From Amoebophrya sp. A120 (taxonomy: Eukaryota; Protista; Dinoflagellata), in assembly GCA_905178155.1 (NCBI GenBank), contig CAJINV010000002.1:4893709-4957708 (forward strand): a DNA stretch of 64,000 nucleotides. The letters are read 5' to 3'. Below the pieces are notes generated by a model, which saw only the letters and a program-made list of their open reading frames with translations, was not told the DNA's origin and did not search any database. Shown piece by piece: positions 1-11,735 of this stretch (within the stretch, counting starts at the first letter, position 1; each line of letters opens with the position of its first letter). The translations under genes were made by a program, and so were the position numbers.

Positions 1-559
1 AGGAAAGGGAGGACATGCGGCATGTCCTCCCACCTTTGTCATGTAGTTACGCCAACCCACGATAAGCACCACGACGATGAAATGCTAGAAATTTGTATTG
101 AGACCCACGACATGTGATACGAGGACAAGCCTCGGTTTCTTGAAGAAACGAATTCTACGAGCGATGACACTACAGATCGTCTTGCATATGATACTTATTT
201 TTTCGACTTAGGAATTGAGTTTATAGCACTCGAGCCGATGAAGTGCGTCGAAATAGGAATCACGGCGTCGATACTAAATGGCTGCGGCCAGAACACCAAT
301 AACGAAGGCACATAACAACCAGAACACCGGCGTTGACATCGCTGTCACTTGTCAAGAACTGCGTGCTCGTTTTCATCTGCGAGAGCAGTCAAGCCGCTTA
401 GGCTTTATTGCAATACTCGTATTCGTGAACTGCGCAATTGCAAGAGTTAGACTTACCGCTTCGAAATATCAAGGTGGGTCTCAAGTCGTTAAGACCAGCA
501 AAAAGGACCACCAATGATCTCTGATTTCGAGCTTTAGCAAAACAAGCAGACGCTAGTTT

Positions 560-2310
560 TTAGCCCAGCAACATCGCGTCAGAGCTGCTGGAACTGCTCG
601 CAGTCGGGTGCGTAGCCGATGGCTCTCTGTCGTCCTCGTTACCGGCGTTCCTGCGCACCTCCTCATACCGGGTGAGCAGTTTCACCTGTTCACTTCCAGT
701 ATGGTCCCACGTCAGGGTGTTGCCGTTCCAGTGAAAATAACCGCCCATGCCCGCTCCGGTTCCGGTCTTGCCATTTGTGGCTAGTACTACTTGGCAACGG
801 TGGCGCAGGTAGTCCTCCGCCAGCGCAGGCAACCGATGACCCAGTTTACTGGCATCTTCGATCAAGGCTCCGAGAAGGCATATGTAAAAGGATCGAACAG
901 GGCGGAGCAACACGTCGTGACCAACGACAATAAAGAGTAACAGAATGGTATCTCGGAGTTGGGGGCGGTGGTTGAAGTACGACTGAAGTTCCCGCAGCAT
1001 CTTTTTGCCACTATCTGTTTCCATTAGGCTGTATAAATTAGTTCGCGACATGCGGAAAATTATTTCGCGACAAGCTCTTCCAGCGTAAGCATCTTGTGGT
1101 GAGACATGTTTCAACAGCAAAGCTTCCTCATGCTCATCGTCGTCCGACACCGTTGCTTCAGTACTCGGACTGCTATCGTGAACGTCACGCCACTGGGCTA
1201 CCCTAAAAAATGTTTCTTTTCGCAACCGTAAACGTCCCTTCTCCCAATCGTAAACGAAAATGGAATCCACGGTCATCAGCGGAGGGCGAGCATCCTCCAT
1301 GAGCCTGATTCCCGTAGTGCAATCTTTGAACGTCCTTATCCCGGCAATAATCCACATCTTTCGGCTATCATATTTATCTGCAGCAGTGAGCGGACATTCC
1401 ACATTGTAGACGCGGACGCCATTCACCACCAACGACAGCACCCAACCACTTTCACTTTTGTCGGAATTGCGCAGCCAAACACCCAGCGTTGATCCGACAG
1501 ACATTCCCGTTATTTGCAGCTTCTTGTAAAGATCGATATTGTACATACCATCACAGGTCCACCACATGTCACCATTCTCGGAGTCCCATTCAACACCCCA
1601 CTTGTTGCGTCCCTCATCTGCTCCGTCGTGTAGCGAAGTTAGACACGAGCCGCACGGGGCACGTCCCTCAGCGCTATAAGTAAAGGCCAGGCTGATCTCT
1701 TTCACCGATCGATGTATTTCCGCCACAGGGTCCCCCGTCAGCTCAATCTCAGCATAGTACCCATGGCCATCCGGGTTTTGTGGCCGTTGAGCAGCTACCG
1801 CAACTGCCTGGCGATGTCCCGGCTTGCAAGAAAGGCGACCGCCATCAACTTGAGCGCCGTTTGATTTCTTCCTGTTCGAAAATCCGGCTAATGCACCCAT
1901 CTGTCGGCACGAGGCATCGATCTCTCCCTCTAGGTCGTCTTTTTCGTTTTCCAGAAGCGTGACGCTTTCCTCGAGCTGATCAATCCGTTCGTCTTTCTCT
2001 CTCGATTCCCGCGCCACGGTCGCTGCGGCGGTCTTTGCTCGCTCGACCTCCGCCTGCAGCGCTCTAATGCGGCTTTCCTGGTTTTCTAATTTCCTGCCGG
2101 CTTCCCGTCTATCTTGCTCACACATTCGCACGGCCGCTTCAATGTTTGCAGCGGTGACGTTCTTTCGCACGATCTCGGGACGTTCTTTCACATAGGCTTC
2201 GATTGCACTACGCAACGCGAAGTTCGGCGTTAACGTGGTCGCCGGTAGCACCAAACCGGTTACTGGGGAGGTGTTTCGCCCCTGGCGAAACCAGGTGGAA
2301 ATGGAGGAGA
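560..2310 (-). CDS. U-box (C-terminal half) + coiled-coil + NHR/SPRY-like protein, putative E3 ligase; 5' end missing or unresolved
   Basis: The frame upstream of the listed ORF start reads SISTWFRQGRNTSPVTGLVLPATTLTPNFALRSAIEAY, the second half of a U-box. A coiled coil and a beta-rich neuralized/SPRY-like segment follow (VGSTLGVW...LSLVVNG...MWIIAGI). The N-terminal half of the U-box is replaced by a GA-rich tract. Confidence 0.65.
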
Positions 2311-2680
2311 GACGAAGGAAGAGAGACGACGACGGCGAAAGAGAGAAGACGGATCTTCATTTCCTCATCTTCTCATTTCGTCTCCGTCTCGTTGGAGAGA
2401 AGGAAGACGATGGAAATAGAGAAAGAGAAGGGATAAGACGGAAAGATGACGGAGAAAGAGAACAGAAAGAATGAGAAGAGAACGAGAGGAGGAGAGAGAG
2501 AAGAGATAAGATGAAGAGAGGCGAGAGAGAGAGAGAAGGGAAATGGAAGAAGAGAGAAGGAGACGAGACACGGAGAGAGATGGACGAAAGAAGAGGACGA
2601 TGACGACGAGACGGAAGATGGAGACGGAGAGGAGAACGCATGAATTCCTCGCCTCCTCTCATCCTCCTCTTCTTCTCTCT
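2300..2680. repeat. Purine-rich (GAGA/GAA/GAC) low-complexity tract
   Basis: About 380 bp of near-pure GA/GAC degenerate repeats between two minus-strand ORFs, both of which lose coding character at its edges. Confidence 0.8.
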
Positions 2681-3885
2681 CGTGTGTTGCAGAGTTCCCA
2701 AATTGACAACTGTGTGGGTGCATTTTTCTTCAGGGTAAGTTCTTGGGTCCATCGATGAATTTTTGGAAATATGTCTTTGTCTGCCTCGGATACCATGTTC
2801 CAGAACGCAATGTCGAGAGCAAGCGTTCTTCCCCGATTAGCTTCCTGTCCTTGACCTTTTCCTTGCGTACCAGTTGTAGGTTCTCGAGTATAATAGACAA
2901 AAAAGTTGCTTTGCGCTTCAACGTCCCTCGCAAATGCGAAACCGTGCTCCATGTCACTTGCGACGGAGTAAAGTGTTCCCGTGCGCCCGTTTAACTGGGG
3001 GTATTGCAGATCGCGGTCGACAGAAGCAATAGCCTGCTGCTGGGAAGGGCGCTGGCCCGTGAGGGAAAAGTGAAGAATAGGAAACATCGTCTTCGTGGCA
3101 GTGTGGAACAAGAATTGGTACGGCAGGTATCTGTCGACAAATGTTCCGGTCATAACCCAGTATGCCGCACGTATTTCCCGAGCGAAAAAGTAGAAGTAGA
3201 GGGGCGCATCTCGTACGCGTTCTCCCATATGTTCTAACTGAGTGTCGATGCTAGAAGCTTCTTCGGGTCCGGGTCCGATCAACTGGTACAGTGGCTTTCG
3301 AAGCTTCATTTTTTGGCTTTTGAAAAAGCTTTCTCTTGCTTCGTCGTCGTTGATCTTCGCGGATTCTTTACCGTTGAAACCCCACTGGCGCGACATATCA
3401 AGCTCCGCCAACTCACAGGGGCTCTTTACTTGGCACCCCTGCTCCGACGTTTGCACCAGTGTGGAAGACGCCTCCTGCATCTGGAGGAGGGTTCCTGGGC
3501 TCGTCATGTTCTCACCACCCACCCCCGAACCACCAAGTCTTCCTCGAACATCAAGGCGTGTTTCATTTCGGTGACCCAGGAGGTGGAGATGATGATCAAC
3601 ATCATTCTCTTCCTTATCATCTTCGTGCACTTTCCTCCTCACGGACGGAGATGAAAATGCAGACACCGCGACAAGATGCCCTTTATTTCCCCCGCTGCTG
3701 TTAGCCATGAGTATGTTGGTCCTCGTGGTCATCCTTCCGAAATAATCAAAACCCGAAACCGTAAGCCAGAAGACTAAAAATTTTTTCGCGTGCTGGCAAC
3801 TGAGGGACCAACAACTTCTGCTCCGCAGGGCCCGGGGAGGGCTCCGAGGGAGGAGTCGGTCGTGTTTCGGGACAATACTCGACAT
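2659..3885 (-). CDS. Hypothetical protein (408 aa) with N-terminal hydrophobic segment
   Basis: Long intronless ORF with an ATG start and hydrophobic stretch KKFLVFWLTVSGF. Its C-terminus runs into the GA tract. Confidence 0.6.
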   Translation of the reverse strand: MSSIVPKHDRLLPRSPPRALRSRSCWSLSCQHAKKFLVFWLTVSGFDYFGRMTTRTNILMANSSGGNKGHLVAVSAFSSPSVRRKVHEDDKEENDVDHHLHLLGHRNETRLDVRGRLGGSGVGGENMTSPGTLLQMQEASSTLVQTSEQGCQVKSPCELAELDMSRQWGFNGKESAKINDDEARESFFKSQKMKLRKPLYQLIGPGPEEASSIDTQLEHMGERVRDAPLYFYFFAREIRAAYWVMTGTFVDRYLPYQFLFHTATKTMFPILHFSLTGQRPSQQQAIASVDRDLQYPQLNGRTGTLYSVASDMEHGFAFARDVEAQSNFFVYYTREPTTGTQGKGQGQEANRGRTLALDIAFWNMVSEADKDIFPKIHRWTQELTLKKNAPTQLSIWELCNTRERRRGG

Positions 3886-5055
3886 TGTTGTGAAAATCTA
3901 ATCAATGTGATTCAAGGTAAGGCCATTTTCAAACCGGACATCGAGGAACGAAACGAATTCCTGTGAAAAAAAAGGACACAACAAAAAGAGAAAATCCACA
4001 AACTCAACGACATTCCTGTCATGCGAAGACCTTGTGCTGCAAGACGGACAGGGACGAGGAGGAGACCCAGACCCTGAAGATGAACATGGCAGCACGGAAA
4101 AAAAAAATATAAGTAAATGTGTAGTTGCTCGTAGGGGTCGCGCAATATCAAAATCCATGTTCTCCTTCGCTGGTCTGGAGGGGGATTGGATCCTGTGTAT
4201 CTGATAAACCAAAAAGACATTATCGGCTCCTCTTTTTGCACGGGAAAACTCCGAGGGTGGGACGGTGTTTGCATCTACTGAACCATCGAGCCATCACGAT
4301 TCAAGTTCCATGTAGTTCCTGTACAACGGTACAACGCAACCAAAAAGGAAGAACGACGGACATCGACGCGCACATCCCTTAGGGAAATTACGAAACCGAT
4401 GAGTGCAGGAAATCAATCCCGGGGATGAAACAAAAAGCAGCACGATTCTTTCACGATTTCTTCCGGTATGTTGAATTTGGCGCTGGCACGAAGAACGGAA
4501 AAAACCCTGTGACGAGCCAAAGCAGACGAAGGCAAGTTCCACAACACGCCACAAGCACGAAGATAAAATAGAAATACGAACAAGAACAAGAACGAAAAAA
4601 ATGTTAATGTATACATAGACGGCCTTGTTGTTTTGGAAGGTATGTAGAAGCAGCAGTGCATAGTGCTGGATGAAAAAAGGCTACCATCAACAGCGACGTC
4701 AATGTTGCCTTAGACGAGGCATCATGCTAGCTCGTCCAGCTCGTGCAGTACAACCACACATCTCTCGTACATAAATTTGATCGTGTAGTTTTTCAGAGAC
4801 GAACAACGTGAAAGTGAAACAAGTGATCTGAAACTACAAAAAAGAGAAGTGAGAGCATAATTCGCTTGCAGCATGCACTACATAGAGATTTCAGGATCTA
4901 CTTCTACGTCAACGTCGTTATCGTACTCGTAGGTCTTTATGAGATAAAAGTAGAACGTCGTCGAAACCTAGTTTAGTACGTATTTCCAACTGTGAACGAC
5001 TCCACATGAAGAAAACAGGTACAACCCTACCAAGTACACTTCGCAAATAAATTTC

Positions 5056-7849
5056 TCAGGGCGAAAAGTATTTGATTCGTCCTTGCGTGATGACGCCTGG
5101 CTGCGCCCGGTTTGATCCGATGTTGCAGGTGAGCTCGTTGGGGTTACACTTGTCGAGCCACTGCATGTCTTTGCTGTGCCACGCCGTGCTATCAAAATGA
5201 AAAATCCCCCCTCCCCATATTGAAAAGCTATGTTTCCGAAGGTTTGTGTTGTTGATTTGAGGCCACAAATCACAGGCGTCTCGCAAGAAGACAAGGGCAG
5301 AAGTTTCCGCCCCATTATGGAAGCGATGCGTCATGCTGTTGGGCTTAAAGGGGAGCCGTTTGCCATGCTGAGCAACTAGATCCATACGCCCCTGCCTAGC
5401 CCGGGGATCTGGCCGCAGTGCCGCCCTGCAATACAAAGCTGATTTGTGTACACAAATCCAGCAACCGAAATTTCGTTTTGATATGGGGAGGGGAGGGTTT
5501 TCCTTGCAATACGTGCTTCGTCCCGACCACGGCGCCGGCGCGTCCTGCCGACGCATCTGCTCCCCGAAGCGACGCTTGTACTCCCTCGGGTCCGAAACGT
5601 GGTCGTATCCTGAGCAAAAACGTACCCACACCAGAGTCAGGATGGGGATTTTGCAACACACGCCTAGGAGTTTTGTGAGTCACACATCACAAGCTGCAGT
5701 CCGTAGCGTAGTGCAGGTTCGCAAGGCCATCTGCATCAGAAATCCATCTGCTCATCCTGTTTACAGCATTACAAATTCCAAAACACGATTGGAAATGACT
5801 CTCATGGGGATGCGCATTACAACTCTTCCGGTCTTTGCAAATCTGCATTACAACTCTGCTGTGGGTACGTTTTTACTGAGGATAGGTCGTCGTCGGGACT
5901 CAGCCAACCCTCGTCGGGACACGCCTCCGTTTCGAACTCACGACCCTCCTGCTGGAACAGCACGCGGATGTACCGCAGCTCTCCGTCCGCCGTGTTGTCC
6001 GCCGTCTCGAACCACACCGCCATCTCGAAGGGCTTCTCCGTGTCGATCACATTGCCCGCACCGGGACCGTACACACCCTCGTCCAGGAAGTACTTTGTCT
6101 TCAACCCGCAGCCGATGACGTCGCAGTACCGCTTATCCTTTGTGAAAACGTCCCCACCGCATTTATGTCATGCAAATCGCTAAAGGAACATCCATCTAAT
6201 GCGCACTTCCTTGAAAACAAGCATATTTATATTTTGTGATGTTCTGATGGTTGTGTTTTGGCATTTGTGATGGTAACACGAGGATGAAAAGCTCGATTTG
6301 TGATGTCGCGGCTGCACAACTAGCTATACGACGAGCACATCACTGCAAAGCCCAAACTTGTCATGCGCCGCAACAGCATCAAAAACGAAATTCCCAATTT
6401 GACCACGGAGTGCTGTCATGAGACCCGATTTCACACAGGATACTGCTTACGGTTCTGGTTGTGCCGGTCGTTCACCAGCGAGCGCACGCCGGGCGTGAAC
6501 ACTTCGCGCAGCTCCGCCTCGGAATCCGCACACAGGTGCGTCATCACCCCCAGTCCGACCTTGTTCAGCTCCACCAAGTCGAGCTCGGGACAGGGGGCCA
6601 ACGCCACCCCCGAGTCGCAGTCGCCGCCGTCCTCCTCGCGGCCCGAGGCGACCAGGTACCAATTGTTGTTGCAATCGCAGCCGTAGTCCTTCGTGTTCAG
6701 GGTCATGGACACCACGGAGTTTAGCAGCGACTGTGGGTACATCACCACCAGGTCCTGGTACTCCTGCGCTCCGTCCTTGTAGTCCCTCGGAAACGGCCGC
6801 ATGCCATTGCTCCCGGTCGTCGTGGTCGCAGCATCGTTGGAAGTCGTCGTGGTGGAGGTCATGGTGGTTGTACCACCTGCGTTGAGGAGAGATCCCCGTG
6901 CACCCGTAGGCGACACTACCGTACCCGCTGCTGCTGCACTGTTTCCACCGAGAAGGGTGGAGGTTCTCGTCGTGCCACCCCCGTTTTGAAAAGGCGTCAC
7001 TCCAGCGAAATTGCTCGCACCACCGTAGGCACGAGGCTGCAGTTGGGACGAAGTTGTAGATGAACTTTCGCAACAGCTCGCTGTGTCTCCGTCAGAAGTT
7101 GCTGAGGATGATGAAACCCATCTACTTCCCCTTCCCCCGCCACCACCCTGCACCGCATCAAACGAAGTTGCGACATTGTAAGCCTGGCCGGGAGAATTCA
7201 CATTTTGGCTCATGCTGGTCGTGCTCAACGTTCCCGGTACAGGAGCGGAACCACTTGAAATAGATTGCGCCACTTGTTGGGGCTGGTCCTGGCGTTCCTT
7301 CACTTCTTCCCGTTTTTCATTTTCCTCCATGTGCAGAAAAACCGACGAGCTTCGTGTCTCATTTTCGCGATCGGTGTCAAGAAGATCCGGATCTAGAACT
7401 TGCGCAGAAGGAGTCTTCTTGTAGTTGTTCCCTACCGGAGCTGTAGATCTCTTTGCCTCGTCCGGTCGAGCACCTGCTCCGCCAGAAGTAGTGAATGAAG
7501 TTCCTGCCGGTGCACCAGAAGGGACCGCGGGTCCTCGTCGTTCCTTTCGGGCCAAAAGGGAAGCAGGAGGATGCACCAGTGTGGATTCTTGGCTCTTTTG
7601 CAGGTGGTTGGAATCATGGTGAAGATCTTCCGTTCGAAAAGCTTCACCTCCTTCTCCTGCGCCCACAGCCTTCGTTTTTCCATTGTTCTTCAACAGCAGG
7701 GCCTGGGCGGTGTGGAAGAAAGCGAGATTGGAAAGTTGAAGAGTTGCCAGAAGTCGTGGCACGCCGCTGCAAGAAGCTGATGAAACAGCGAGCAACGTCA
7801 GCCCGCGGCGTCCTCTTCGTCCTCTTTGCACGGGCAGCACGGAGGACAT
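5056..7849 (-). CDS. Glycoside hydrolase family 7-like (cellulase-like) protein, ~622 aa, 3 introner introns
   Basis: Exons approx. 7849-6448, 6133-5890, 5605-5517, 5189-5056 (1869 nt, in frame). Motifs GCDCNNNWYLV, GDCDS, CPELDLVELN (cf. GH7 catalytic EMDIWE), CDVIGC, YGPGAGNVIDTEKPFEMAVWFET and AWHSKDMQWLD occur in GH7 order. Confidence 0.75.
5190..5511. mobile_element. Introner family A (TIR TATCAAAATGAAAAATCCCCCCTCCCCATAT)
   Basis: 322 bp, direct repeat (DR) cgtgc/cgtgc. Removal joins GRST|AWHSK. Confidence 0.92.
5606..5884. mobile_element. Introner family C (TIR TATCCTGAGYAAAAACGTACCCACA)
   Basis: 279 bp, DR ggtcg/ggtcg. Removal joins PDDD|HVSDP. Confidence 0.92.
6134..6442. mobile_element. 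Degenerate introner, family C-like
   Basis: 309 bp, TATCCT...AGGATA ends with decayed inner TIR, DR ccgct/ctgct. Removal joins QNRK|RYCDVIGC. Confidence 0.8.
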
Positions 7850-9105
7850 TTTCCGCAACACGAAAAGCAAGAAAGCAAAAGCTAAAAGATAAGATTTTTT
7901 ACCAACAGAACAAATCGTTCCAGTTTTTTACATGCAGAAGCAGTAGTAGGAATACTACTACATAGTCGTTGAAGTCATAAACATAAACTTGAAACTAACA
8001 TCCGAGGAAATACTGGGGCAGCCAAAGTTCCCTGTTTTGTTTCATTATCAACACGACCTTTGATGAGTAAGAACGATTCAAGAGGTGGTGGACGATGCAC
8101 GTTTATTCCCATTCGCTTCTGTGGCTGTGGCTCCGCTAGGGACGATTGACGCAAGGACCAACATGCTAAGACAACTTATGAATAACGAAAAGACACCAGC
8201 ACGCGCGATGGAGAACGACTGGAAAAAGGAGAACGAATTCGAATGTTCAGGAATAATGGGGTATACTTACAAGAACGGAGAAATATATACGCGACTATCG
8301 AAAAGAAACCAAACTACCTTTGCAGAGACACTGGGTCAGAACACAAAGCACGCGACCTACGCAAGTTGCTTGTTGCATACGCTTACGCACACATACGGAG
8401 TATAGGCCTATGAAATTTGCAGGAGCAGAAAACAAAGCAAAAACTGGTCCTCCTCGCAAGGATCCAGTAGGTGCAGAACCAGTTCGTCACAAGAAATCTC
8501 GCATGAATCAATCCTCCACTTCATCAACAAGACAACAGCGGAGGCGTCAAAATTTGGGTCTTATCACCCAGGGTAAGCCCAGGGAAGGGGTGCTGAAAGA
8601 GAAGACATACTTCCGATTGCGAAGCGGAAGCAGATGAGAGGACGATAATTGACAGACTTAGTACGAAAATTCGCAATGTCCGAAGGTTCTTAGTTTTTTC
8701 GAAAGTGCTGGAAAAAACGCATTCACATACTGCTGGCCCAAACTCGTCGGGATGAGAAACGCAAAACTTACTCCAGTGGTTAACCGTACTGCGGTCGTGG
8801 TTAGCCGTATGTAATTAATCCACACCGTACTGCTCTCTCTTATCGTTCGTACGTTCGTAATATGAGAGTGGACAAAAGCTCCCCCTGCTGCTCCCCTTTA
8901 TTTGTAAATGAATATGAAACGCAGGAAGAAACTCGCTATGCTTGCGCGACCAGATCGTGGAGCCCAACAAACCAGGGCCACAATCTTCGTGTCGTAGATT
9001 TATCATGCAGTACTGTTGCATTTTTGTTTTTGTATGCTCTTGCTGTTCAATCATGCCCTACTTCAAAAAAAAAGGACGCAGGGGGGGGGTTCTTGTCTTC
9101 CACTT

Positions 9106-10810
9106 TCATACGTAGTACTGCAGCTCCACCATCATAGCGGCGGCCAGGAGCAGCGCCTTTTCGTTCGGTCCCGCGTAGTCCGGCGGGGTCACTTTGAAGG
9201 TCTGCGCGTCCGCAAGCGCTTCCTTTAGGATTTGCTTGAAGCCTCCGCCCTTCTTCTGCAACATGCCCACTCGCGCGTGGGTGCGTTCGTCAAAGATGGC
9301 GTACTTCGCGTCCCCAAACGGACAGCACGCGCCCAGCTGGCACTCGGACCCCTCGACGGTGTACAAGTGCTCCCCCAGCTGGTTGTAAACCATCTCCCGC
9401 GTGCCGCAACACTTGCAGTGGTCCTGCACGTGGCCAATGTTCTTGAAGCTACTGCGGCCCGTGCTGTAGTTCGGCAGGACCGCTTGCACGTCGAAACGCG
9501 GCTTACAAAAGCTCGTACACAGACACGGGCAGCAGCAGCACTGGCACACAAAGTCCTTCTTCATGCGCAGCACTTTCCCGGAGGACGGGGCGGCGTCGTG
9601 CTTCCGGCGAAAGACGTGGTTCCCCGCAAACTCACCCTCGTATGCGTTGTCTTTCGCGTTGTCCCCCGCGAAGAGCTCAAACGTCAGCGATCTGGAGGGC
9701 CCGCAGCAGCACTTCTGGAACCAGCTGCTGTCTTCGGAAATGTACAGGTTGGGTCCGATTTGGTTGTCGTAATAGTCCATGGCTTTCACCGTGTACTTGT
9801 TCCCCAGTTCCACCCCCACCAGGTTCTCGACAATGTCCCTCTTGCTGACCTTTTGGATGATGTAAAACTGGTCCCCGAGCACGTCCGGCATGTTCCCCGT
9901 GGTCAGCGGGTTGTTGCTCCGCGGACTCCGGCTGTCTTTGGTGGAAACGGGACTCACGGTGAAATTCGACCCGTCCGCCCCAGCGGTTGTCGTTCCCATC
10001 TGCTGCATCTGGGGCTGCTGCAGGTAGGCGTATGTGTTGTAGTACCCGCTCTCGTCGGACTCCCCCCCGTAATCGTAGTTGTTTGTTTGCTCATCGTAAT
10101 TGTTGTCCATGTTCGTTCCATACTCGAAAAAGCCTTTACTCGAAAGCATATCCACATTGCCGTAGTTGGTCGCACCGTACGAGGCATTTTTAGTAGTAGC
10201 CCCCGTCGTCCCGCCATAGTATTGATTCTCCACCAGGTCGGGAGATGATCCGCTGTAGAAGGCCTCGCCCTCGCCCTGAGCCCGCTTCCGTTTTTCGTGT
10301 TGTGACGCCACGCTCTGCGCATTTCTCTCCTTCTGGGACTGCCGCTGCCAGGTGGCTTCGGTGAAGCCCTGGACGGGCCTGGTTTGGTTGTAGTAGGTGT
10401 ACGAGGCATTTTTTGTATCTTTGTGGTTCATCCCGCTGTTGCTACTGTCGCGGTCATATTCGCTCGTGCTGTCCTCGGCCTCCTCGGTGGACTCGATCAC
10501 CTGGATCGGATCCTCCTCGCCGTAGAGGTTATCCCACGCAAAAACTGTTTCACTGTGATGATTTTGCAAGAAGCGCATCACAAGTTTGTTACACATGACA
10601 CAGAAAATTTGCCATGCGCGTTTCCCAAGGGAAAACACGCTTGGAAATCCAATGTCTTGCAGGTGCAACAAGACACGTAGTTCTGTGTTCCGTTTTCTGC
10701 ATCACAAGTTCACAGTGAAACAGTTTTTTCTTGCGATAGAGGTCGGTGTTTTCGTAGTAGTTGTTCTCGTTGCCCGCACCCACGGGGTTCGTGTTCCACC
10801 AGGAAGCCAT
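9106..10810 (-). CDS. Phospholipid scramblase-family protein (~496 aa), 1 introner
   Basis: Exons 10810-10744 and 10529-9106 (1491 nt). C-terminal scramblase domain: ENLVGVELGNKY, CCCGPSR, Cys-rich segments, ADAQTFKVTPP...EKALLLAAAMMVELQYY. Confidence 0.85.
10530..10738. mobile_element. Introner family E (TIR TATC..CGCAAAAACTGTTTCACTGT)
   Basis: 209 bp, DR gaggt/gaggt. Removal joins NTDL|YGEED. Confidence 0.92.
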
Positions 10811-11735
10811 GATAATTTTCTCCGAGGGAGGGACACTGATTTTTCCTTTTCGGAAGGTCTATATGCGCAACAAGCACGAGAGGACCACAAGCCGCGCCTC
10901 GGCCTCTGGAAATAGACCTTCTACCACTGACATTGACTTTGAATGACAAGAAGATTGCGAATAACTAAATGGTGTAGATAGAAAAGACGTCTCTTCCGGG
11001 GACGAAAGGCGAAAAGGTCGTAAAGGAGTAGTAAAACAAAATTTGTTTGATTTGTGCGCCTCCAGCTGGACTTTTTTCACTATACAGAAAAGTTAAAGTG
11101 AAAGCAGTAAACCACGAAAAACAAGAAAAGCAAATTACGTCAGCACGCAAGAGTACAGAAGCACGACAGGAAAACACAGGGACGAAAGAAACGAAGAGCA
11201 GACGAAGTTTTTTGCGGCACGACACATCTTCAAAGGACCAAACTAGAGCTTTTTCTTTGTAAAAACGAGTCAACACCGAGCGTACGATGAAGACCATCAC
11301 CATGCAGGTCTAGGAATCTAAAATAAACGAATCAGATGGAACAAAATCCCAGTGACATAGCGTACGTAAACCACATCTTCGAACACATGCTTTCAGCCGT
11401 TCACCCTCACCCTCTCCGCGTTTCTTACAAGAGCGTGGCAAGACTACGAAATGGTGAGGCTCCTGTGGTGGAACTTCAGTGAAGGATGATCGAAACAAAC
11501 ACCAAAAAAGCATTTTCAACATCAAAATTCGATTGAAGTACTTGCTTGTGCTATCAATCAAAATGAAGAAAAGCAAAAGTAACGGACGAACGAAATTGGA
11601 AACCTTAGAAATAAAAGTGGGCCAGAAAAAGGTAGGTGGGCCCATCTTTTTGACATTTTGAAAAACTACGATCAAAGAAATCGAAACGCTTTTATGATCT
11701 TCGGCTACACCAGTGCTTTCATACTAACCAAAATC

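Noticed and set aside
7201-7212. Dinoflagellate spliced-leader relic (CATTTTGGCTCA)
   Set aside because: A 12-nt match lying antisense inside a coding exon (MSQNV); consistent with chance.
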